Origin: an uncultured Christensenellaceae bacterium | GTDB lineage: Bacteria > Bacillota > Clostridia > Christensenellales > UBA3700 | Length of the DNA: 64,000 bases | Reading direction: 5' to 3' | NCBI GenBank assembly: GCA_944383895.1 | Contig: CALWRH010000006.1 | Coordinates: forward strand, 2,158-66,157 | Shown: positions 54,536 through 61,482 of the stretch, piece by piece | Layout: the number at the start of each line of letters is the position of its first letter | Numbering within the stretch: the stretch's first letter is position 1 | Made by a program: the position numbers and the translations under genes | Notes under the pieces: model-generated | Told to the model about the DNA's origin: nothing | The model's input: the letters and a program-made list of their open reading frames with translations, nothing else | Database searches by the model: none

Positions 54536-54870
54536 ATAATTTACTGTCGCTGCGATAGGGATAGTCAAATAAAAAGACGAAATGTTTTTGTCTGTACAAG
54601 GCGAGCTCCGCAGGCAATACTCCTCTGTATTATCAAGAATCTCAACAAAGTAACGGGCGCAAACAGCCGATCTATTAAATATTATTGCTGTCGTGTCGAA
54701 ACGGAAACAGACTCTCTCTTATAAGTTATTATGCTGTCGCGACGGGGCGGAAATCTACGGATCAAGCGTATGCGTTTTTGCCTGTGCGAGGCAAAAGCCG
54801 CAGGCAATACTTCTTCGTATTGTCAAGGCTTTTAACAATGCACAGGCTAAAAGGAATAGCTTCAGCCGCA
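54536..54870 (+). repeat. About 190-bp imperfect tandem duplication in intergenic DNA
   Basis: Unit A (about 54536..54670) and unit B (about 54724..54870) align. TTACTGTCGCTGCGATAGGG matches TTATGCTGTCGCGACGGGGCGG. TTTTTGTCTGTACAAGGCGAGCTCCGCAGGCAATACTCCTCTGTATTATCAAG matches TTTTTGCCTGTGCGAGGCAAAAGCCGCAGGCAATACTTCTTCGTATTGTCAAG. Confidence 0.7.
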
Positions 54871-54896
54871 GATTTTCGCCCCTCCCCGACAGCCAC

Positions 54897-54930
54897 AAAA
54901 AAAAGACGACCTTGAAAGGTCGCCTTTTTT
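54897..54930 (-). terminator. Rho-independent terminator after the anti-sigma gene
   Basis: Minus strand: GGCGACC-tttcaa-GGTCGTC followed by TTTTTTTT. Confidence 0.7.
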
Positions 54931-54984
54931 CAGATAAGGGGGATATATTTATGATGTGCTGTGAGCACGGAATTTGTCAAAAAC

Positions 54985-56400
54985 TCATGCCGCGTTAAGC
55001 TGCTGCCAATATGCCTCGAGAGAGCCGTACTCGGAAATTATCGAAGAATAGAACTCGTCGTATTCTTCACGGGTCAGAGCATCTCTTTCTTCTTCATACA
55101 CTTCGAGATATATCTCTTCGAGCTCTGCCCTCATATTCGCGACGATCTTATCGGTTCCGTCGATAAACTCCTGTACCGTGTCGGGGATCTCAGCTATCGC
55201 GTCCTTTATGGCGTCGGTGATAAAGATGTTCAGCTCTTCGAGTTTGTCTATGATATAAGACATACTGCCCTTGAGCTCGTCTATCGTCGCGTTGCCTATC
55301 TCACTTATCCACTCTTCGTTGATAAAAGCGTCGTATGCGATAAGCAGCAGATTCAGGATCGCACCGTCGTGTATTTCTTCGCCTCTCAACTCAGCGATCT
55401 TATTGAGTATATCCGACATTTCGCCGATCATACGCGAAAGTTCGGGATCATCTTTCCAATCGTCTTTCTTTATCGTTGCCCAATAATCGCCATATCCTAA
55501 TATCAACGCGTTGTATGCGGATATGTCATCGTTGAGATCTTTTGCCTCGTGCAGAAGTTCGCGTGTCCTGGTTATCCTTACGCACTCTGCGGATATAAGA
55601 CTGCGCAGATACTCGAATACTTCTTCTTCGTAATAACGTCTGAGCTCTTCGAGATCGTTGTTGTTGCGTTCTGCAAGCTGCGTAAAGTAATTGTCTGCTT
55701 TTTCCACTACTTTGTCGACCGTATCTTTCAGATCGTCAGTTGCCGCTCCGTAAAGTTCAGCGAGATAATCGACGTCCTCTTTGACTGCCACCACTGCGCA
55801 AAGCACTCCTTTTTTCATAAAATTGGTTTCTATCGCAACGGTGGTTTTTGTTATGACTTCGTCTTCCTGCGCGTCTGTTGCCGCGACAACGGTAAGTTTG
55901 AGCGCGTTTTCTTTATCGGGAACTATATAACCCAGCTTGCCTGCCTCTTCGGCAACGTAAGCCGCCGCATCGTATACGGGCATTCCTTCTACCTTTTCTC
56001 TGACAGCGGATGTCAGCAACAGATCCGCATCAGAGTTCGCGCTCTTTATATCCGTGACCTTGAGGTCTTCGTCATATACGAATTCGACAGACGGATTGAT
56101 ATCCATCCTGAGATATCCCGCCTCGTAAACTTGCGCTGGCTGCTCCTTTCCGCCTTTGAATAACGGAGGGAGAACGAGTGCAAGCGAAATAACTATAACG
56201 AGCACTGCCGCAATAGCTCCGATCACATAGGGCTTTACATTGAAACGCTTTACCTTTATGTCAGGCTTTCTTTCGACAGATTTTTCGGGTTTATCGGACT
56301 TAGCGGTAACGATAGGAGCTTTCCTGACCTTGTCGGACATAGGAGGAGCAAGGTGATCGAGTTCTTTTTCAAGCAATTTTTTGAGTTCTTTCTCGTCCAT
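54985..56400 (-). CDS. Single-pass anti-sigma factor (RsgI-like ectodomain start)
   Basis: 471 aa, starting 3 nt after the ECF sigma stop. It has a cytoplasmic N-terminus, TM helix YVIGAIAAVLVIVISLALVLPPLF, then a DINPSVEF...ANSDADLLL segment and a long helical acidic region. Confidence 0.75.
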   Translation of the reverse strand: MDEKELKKLLEKELDHLAPPMSDKVRKAPIVTAKSDKPEKSVERKPDIKVKRFNVKPYVIGAIAAVLVIVISLALVLPPLFKGGKEQPAQVYEAGYLRMDINPSVEFVYDEDLKVTDIKSANSDADLLLTSAVREKVEGMPVYDAAAYVAEEAGKLGYIVPDKENALKLTVVAATDAQEDEVITKTTVAIETNFMKKGVLCAVVAVKEDVDYLAELYGAATDDLKDTVDKVVEKADNYFTQLAERNNNDLEELRRYYEEEVFEYLRSLISAECVRITRTRELLHEAKDLNDDISAYNALILGYGDYWATIKKDDWKDDPELSRMIGEMSDILNKIAELRGEEIHDGAILNLLLIAYDAFINEEWISEIGNATIDELKGSMSYIIDKLEELNIFITDAIKDAIAEIPDTVQEFIDGTDKIVANMRAELEEIYLEVYEEERDALTREEYDEFYSSIISEYGSLEAYWQQLNAA

Positions 56401-56403
56401 GAC

Positions 56404-56925
56404 TCAGCCCTCCTTTAATTTGTTTTGCAGCTTTTTGATCGCCGCGTTGTACTTCCAAAGTACAGTCCCGAGTGCCATCGATAACATATCTGCGATCTCA
56501 CGGTGCTTAAAGCCCCACAAAATATGTAATATCACTATCTGACTCTCGTTGTCGTCAAGTACGGAGTTTATCGCATCGAATACGGGCGAATCCTTCATCT
56601 CGTATGACTTCGATTCGAATCCTTTCGTATCCTCGTCCGACGCAACCACTTCGCGTTTGATCTTCTTGAGTTCGTTCAGCGCGGTGTATTTGGCAACCTG
56701 AAACAGCCATGCCCTCGCGTCCGTACCCGCTTTGTATTTACTTACGTTTACCTTGACTTTCAGATAGACCGTCTGGGTAAGATCTTCCGCAGTATGATAG
56801 TTTTTGCAGAATCCGTACAGAAAAGCGAATATTCCTTTTCTCGTTTCTGCATAAAGTTTTTCAAAAGCGGAGTCGTCACCCTTTGCGACCTTCTGCAAGC
56901 ACAGGTCCAACTCTTTTTTGTCCAA
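56404..56925 (-). CDS. ECF-type RNA polymerase sigma factor
   Basis: 173 aa with a TTG start behind a GGAGAGGG SD. Region 2 (AEDLTQTVYLKV, ARAWLFQVAKYTALN) and region 4 HTH (HREIADMLSMALGTVLWKYNAAIKKL). Confidence 0.85.
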   Translation of the reverse strand: MDKKELDLCLQKVAKGDDSAFEKLYAETRKGIFAFLYGFCKNYHTAEDLTQTVYLKVKVNVSKYKAGTDARAWLFQVAKYTALNELKKIKREVVASDEDTKGFESKSYEMKDSPVFDAINSVLDDNESQIVILHILWGFKHREIADMLSMALGTVLWKYNAAIKKLQNKLKEG

Positions 56926-57244
56926 ATCCCTCTCCTGTTCAATTATTAAACAACCGTTTATTCTGATTTATTGGCAGCGGATTGTAAAATTTTTTGTCTT
57001 TTATCAAGACGCATAAAATTTTAGCATACATCCGCCCGTATACGCAAATGCAGTCGACGCAGAAAAACAAAAAAATACACGTCTGTTGCCTTCGTTTCGC
57101 CTCTTAACAACAAAGCGCTGTACACGATATCTCTATTGTTTATTGCTTATATTTTAATAAAAGCAAATCGTGCGGTCTGAACAAAAAATGCGTGCGGCAA
57201 TGCAAAATGAAAGCAAAACAATACACAATATTATTACACCCGCG

Positions 57245-57273
57245 TTGCCGACGCGCGACGCGTCTGCTATAAT
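57245..57273 (+). promoter_or_regulatory. Sigma-A type promoter TTGCCG-17-TGcTATAAT
   Basis: -35 TTGCCG 57245..57250, 17-nt spacer ending TGc, -10 TATAAT 57268..57273. It is upstream of the AAGGAG SD and the ATG at 57295. Confidence 0.5.
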
Positions 57274-57294
57274 ATCAATATAAAAGGAGAAATC

Positions 57295-57612
57295 ATGAGT
57301 TTTTACGACGACGTTTATCAGGTAGTCAAAGCTATACCGGAAGGAAAAGTTGCAACGTACGGTCAGATAGCGAGGATACTCGGCTCTCCGCGCGCGTCAC
57401 GCGCTGTCGGTTATGCCCTGCACGACAATCCCACGCCTATAATAATACCCTGCCACAGAGTGGTGAACAGATACGGTTCTCTCGCCCGCGCTTTTGCCTT
57501 CGGCGGAATAGAGGCGCAAGCTGAACTTTTGAGAAAAGAAGGCGTTGTCTGTGACAAAAACTATATTGTGGATCTGAAAAAATACCAATGGCAAGAGGGG
57601 CTCAGATGGTAG
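57295..57612 (+). CDS. MGMT-family protein (methylated-DNA-protein-cysteine methyltransferase DNA-binding/active-site domain only)
   Basis: 105 aa. KVATYGQIARILGSPRASRAVGYAL and the active-site motif IPCHRVV. Confidence 0.85.
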   Translation: MSFYDDVYQVVKAIPEGKVATYGQIARILGSPRASRAVGYALHDNPTPIIIPCHRVVNRYGSLARAFAFGGIEAQAELLRKEGVVCDKNYIVDLKKYQWQEGLRW

Positions 57613-58460
57613 AAAATTACCGCATTACCGCTCGTTTCGACGGCAGCGCGGACGACAATCTGAAAGCGGCGGGCTTTTCCCGCTCTATGATAACAAGGCT
57701 GCGCAAAGAACTCGGTCTTATCCGCGTTGTTTCCGATACCTGCCCCTCGGGACAAGCCGTCTTCGCCACGGCGAAAGTACGCAAAGGCGATATCCTGAAA
57801 ATAAGCCTGCCCGTATCGCCCGTCGCTTATCCCGCAAGCAACATCTCTCCAGAGTTTGCATATATCGACGACGATATTGCGGTAGTCGTCAAGCCTTCGG
57901 GCATTGCAACCGTACCGATAAAATCTCATTATAAAGACAGCTATGCGAGCGTACTTGCCTCGGCGTGGGGAGAATTCGTGTACCGCCCCGTAGGCAGACT
58001 CGACAAAGACACGTCGGGACTTCTGATAGTCGCGCGCAGTTCGCTTGCCGCAAGCCGTATGCACGACATGCAGAATAACGGAGCCATAGGCAAACAATAT
58101 ACCGCTCTCGTGCAAGGCATTATCCCCGAGAGCGGAGAAATTGACGCGCCCCTCGCGCTTTCTCAGGACGGGCATCACCGCGAAGTTTCAGAAAACGGCA
58201 AGCCCGCAAAGACTCTGTTCAGAAGAATCGGCATTATAAACGAAAATTCGCTCGCAGAATTTACTCTGCTCAGCGGAAGAACGCATCAGATACGCGTGCA
58301 CTCGGCATATATCGGACACCCCGTATGCGGCGACGCTCTTTACAATCCCCGCGCAAAAGAATTCCCTCGGCTCATGTTGCACTGCTCCCGTCTTTGTTTC
58401 GCTCACCCCTTTACGGGCGACAACGTCACAGTCGAAAGTCCTTTTCCCCCTACATACTGA
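57606..58460 (+). CDS. RluA-family pseudouridine synthase
   Basis: Start preferred at MVENYRI (ATG 57606, AGAGGGG SD, overlapping the upstream stop as ATGGTAG). Catalytic VGRLDKDTSGLLIVA and GRTHQIRVH motifs. Confidence 0.85.
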   Translation: MVENYRITARFDGSADDNLKAAGFSRSMITRLRKELGLIRVVSDTCPSGQAVFATAKVRKGDILKISLPVSPVAYPASNISPEFAYIDDDIAVVVKPSGIATVPIKSHYKDSYASVLASAWGEFVYRPVGRLDKDTSGLLIVARSSLAASRMHDMQNNGAIGKQYTALVQGIIPESGEIDAPLALSQDGHHREVSENGKPAKTLFRRIGIINENSLAEFTLLSGRTHQIRVHSAYIGHPVCGDALYNPRAKEFPRLMLHCSRLCFAHPFTGDNVTVESPFPPTY

Positions 58461-58623
58461 CCCGATCGTATTCACAACGTACTATTCTTTTTTACAACCG
58501 TCGATTACGGCAGCTTTTCTCCCGTAATAAAGTTTTAAGATTTTACACGTTTGGGGTTTAATTATCCTTTACATATCAATTTTGACGGCGTAAAATATAT
58601 GCGGTATTTAAGGATAGTTCGTT

Positions 58624-60012
58624 ATGGTCAAAGATCTCACTCAAGGCAAACCCTCAAAAGTCATACTGATTTTCAGTCTGCCGCTGTTGCTTTCAATGGT
58701 ATTCCAACAGCTTTACAATATGGCGGACAGCATCATCGCAGGCAAGATGATCTCCAACAACGCGCTCGCGGCGATAGGCGTTTCTACCCCGGTAACAATG
58801 ATATACGTCGCTATCGCGGTAGGTTGCAGCGGCGGTATAAGCGTCGTCGTAGCCAACCTGTTCGGACAGCATAAGTACCGCTCGGTCAAAACCGCATCCA
58901 GCACCGCGCTCGCGTTTATGTTCGCTCTCTCCGCTATACTTACGATAGTGGGATATTTCATATCCTCCCCTCTCGTAAAGCTGCTTCAGACACCGACTTC
59001 TATCCATGCAGACAGCACCGCTTATCTCGAGATCTACACTCTCGGTCTTATATTCGTATTTATCTACAATGCGTCCAACGCCATATTCACGGGTATGGGC
59101 GACAGCATTACGCCGCTGATACTTCTTATATGCTCGTCTGTCGGCAACGTTATACTCGACATCGTTATGGCGAAACCGCTCGGCGTACAGGGTCTTGCTT
59201 ACGCAACTCTGATAGCCCAGGCAGTTGCAGGTATAGTCGCATTTATACTCGTTATTGTGAAAATGAAAAAACTGTCTGACGGAGAAGAATCCGATCTGCC
59301 CCGCCAGACTTACGTCAAACGCACTTTCAACGGCAGAATACTTTTGTCGATACTTGCCATATCCATACCGGGCGTATGCCAGCAATCTTTCGTTTCGGTA
59401 GGACAGCTCCTCGTACAGGGACTTATCAACGGTTTCGGAGAACAGACGATCGCGGCGTATACCGCGGCGATGAAAATAAATACGTTCTGCATACAGTGCA
59501 TAGTCACCACAGCCAACGCAGTCGCAGCTTTCACTGCTCAGAATATGGGCGCGGGCGACCTCAAACGCGTAAAGCAAGGCATGCGATCGGCAACGGTAAT
59601 GCTTGTTACTTTCGCGCTTATAATTATTGCGATAGTCGCCGTTTTCGCTAAACCTCTAACGGGATTCTTTATCAACAACAGCGACGGATCGGGCGTTTCG
59701 AGCGCAGACGTAATTGCTACGGGCGCTCAATTCCTCTGGATCACCTGCCCGTTCTACGTATTTATCGCAGTAAAAACTACGGCGGACGGCGTTATAAAAG
59801 GCACGGGCAAACTGCTGCAATTCATGATATCCACCTTCGTGGACCTGATACTGCGCGTCGTACTTTGTTACGCTCTCGCACCTTCGCTCGACTTCCTCGG
59901 CATCTGTATCGCTTGGCCGATAGGCTGGGTAATAGGTACGGCTCTCGCGGTAGGGTTCTATCTGTCTAAGTCGTGGCAAAAAAGCAAGTTTGCCGTATCG
60001 GCAGCAAATTAA
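58624..60012 (+). CDS. MATE-family efflux transporter
   Basis: 462 aa with 12 predicted helices. N-terminus KVILIFSLPLLLSMVFQQLYNMADSIIAGK is typical of MATE/NorM proteins. Confidence 0.85.
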   Translation: MVKDLTQGKPSKVILIFSLPLLLSMVFQQLYNMADSIIAGKMISNNALAAIGVSTPVTMIYVAIAVGCSGGISVVVANLFGQHKYRSVKTASSTALAFMFALSAILTIVGYFISSPLVKLLQTPTSIHADSTAYLEIYTLGLIFVFIYNASNAIFTGMGDSITPLILLICSSVGNVILDIVMAKPLGVQGLAYATLIAQAVAGIVAFILVIVKMKKLSDGEESDLPRQTYVKRTFNGRILLSILAISIPGVCQQSFVSVGQLLVQGLINGFGEQTIAAYTAAMKINTFCIQCIVTTANAVAAFTAQNMGAGDLKRVKQGMRSATVMLVTFALIIIAIVAVFAKPLTGFFINNSDGSGVSSADVIATGAQFLWITCPFYVFIAVKTTADGVIKGTGKLLQFMISTFVDLILRVVLCYALAPSLDFLGICIAWPIGWVIGTALAVGFYLSKSWQKSKFAVSAAN

Positions 60013-60037
60013 CCTTTCACAAAAAACAAAGTATTAC

Positions 60038-60066
60038 AGACCGCGCAAAAGCGCGGTCTTTTTTAT
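60038..60066 (+). terminator. Rho-independent terminator
   Basis: AGACCGCGC-aaaa-GCGCGGTCT followed by TTTTTTAT. Confidence 0.75.
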
Positions 60067-60221
60067 GTTGATTTCCTCCGATGGCAAACTTTGCTGAACA
60101 CCTTAATTCCTGCACATTTATATCTGTTTTCTATGTTCGGCTTTGTCCACTCAGATATGTTATTATTTGTTATTAATAAAAAGAGCGTAACTCCGTTGCT
60201 TATCCTGTCATATTATGTACC

Positions 60222-61295
60222 ATGGCAACCATTAGCGTTTCTATGATAGTCCGCAACGAAGAGGACGTGATAGCGCGCGCAATTTCGTGCGCAAACCGCT
60301 TTGCGGACGAAGTGATAGTAGCGGATACGGGCAGCACCGACAATACCGTAGCCGTTGCCCGCTCTCTCGGCGCAAAAGTGTACTATTTCGATTGGTGCGA
60401 CGACTTTTCCGCGGCACGCAATTTTTCTTTTTCAAAAGCGGGTTGCGATTATGTGATGTGGATGGACGCCGACGACGTTATCGACGACGAAAACATAGAT
60501 AAAATTTTGTCTTTGAAAGCAGACTTCGGCGACGCGGATATATACTATATGAAATATGCCACGGCTTTCGACAAAGAAGGCAATCCGACTTTCGAGTATT
60601 GGCGGGAACGCGTCTTCCGCCGCTCTCTCGGAGAGTGCTGGACAGACCCCGTGCACGAAGTGTTTTTTGCCGCAGGTTCGAGAAAGTTCTGTAACGTCAC
60701 CTTGCGGCACGAAAAGCTGCACGCCTCTCCGCCCCGCCGCAATCTCGACATATACTTGTCGTTCATATCTTCGGGCAAACCCCTCTCTCCCAGGCAGAAG
60801 TTCTATTTCGCCAACGAGCTGTATTATAACAACCTTTTTTCTCTCGCAGAATCCGCATACGAAGAGTTTCTCTCCTCTGACGGCATGACGGAAAACAAAG
60901 TGCAGGCTTGTATCAACATGTCGCGCATCTCTTCTTCAAAAGAAGACTATGCCTCCGCTCTCAGTCGTCTTGTCCGTGCGCTCGGATACGGAACTCCGTC
61001 TTCTGAGCTCTGCGTAGCTCTCGGCAATGTGTATCTTGCGTTAAACGACACAGACACAGCAATTTTCTGGTACAACGCCGCGATCAGACCTCTTCCCGAA
61101 AACACGCTCGCGTTTGTGGACGTATACTGCTACAACTACTATCCCCTCGTTCAGCTCGGGCTCTGTCACTACAAAAAAGGCGACCTCTCCGCCGCCATCG
61201 ACAGCACCCTCCGCGCCCTCGAATACAAAAAAGACGACGAGATCGCCATAAACAATCTCCTATATTACCAATCCCTTCGCCCCCAACCGATCTGA
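60222..61295 (+). CDS. Family-2 glycosyltransferase with C-terminal TPR-like repeats
   Basis: 357 aa. ISVSMIVRNEEDVIARAI ... EVIVADTGSTDNT ... FSAARNFS ... MWMDADDVI (GT-A fold with DxD). The C-terminal half has helical repeats (ALGNVYLALNDTDTAIFWYNAAI). Confidence 0.8.
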   Translation: MATISVSMIVRNEEDVIARAISCANRFADEVIVADTGSTDNTVAVARSLGAKVYYFDWCDDFSAARNFSFSKAGCDYVMWMDADDVIDDENIDKILSLKADFGDADIYYMKYATAFDKEGNPTFEYWRERVFRRSLGECWTDPVHEVFFAAGSRKFCNVTLRHEKLHASPPRRNLDIYLSFISSGKPLSPRQKFYFANELYYNNLFSLAESAYEEFLSSDGMTENKVQACINMSRISSSKEDYASALSRLVRALGYGTPSSELCVALGNVYLALNDTDTAIFWYNAAIRPLPENTLAFVDVYCYNYYPLVQLGLCHYKKGDLSAAIDSTLRALEYKKDDEIAINNLLYYQSLRPQPI

Positions 61296-61412
61296 CAGTT
61301 TTCTTTATCTTCTGTCCCTTTACAAAAACGCTTGTACTCCGTCCGTTCTATTTATACTAACCGCCGCCACTTGTCGTCATAGACAGGCACACGCCATGGT
61401 GCCAACTTTGTA

Positions 61413-61460
61413 AAAAAACTAAAATCGGACTCCGGCGTTTTGCCGAAGTCCGATTGAATT
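61413..61460. terminator. Bidirectional terminator between convergent genes
   Basis: ATCGGACTCCGGCG-tttt-GCCGAAGTCCGAT long hairpin, flanked by an A-run upstream and a T-rich run downstream. Confidence 0.6.
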
Positions 61461-61482
61461 ATAAACAGCTATCTCTATGACT

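Noticed and set aside
54530-54998. ORFs 54530..54724 (64 aa), 54685..54915 and 54693..54998 (101 aa)
   Set aside because: They lie in the duplicated non-coding spacer. Their similarity to each other only reflects the DNA repeat. They have no SDs and run across a strong terminator.
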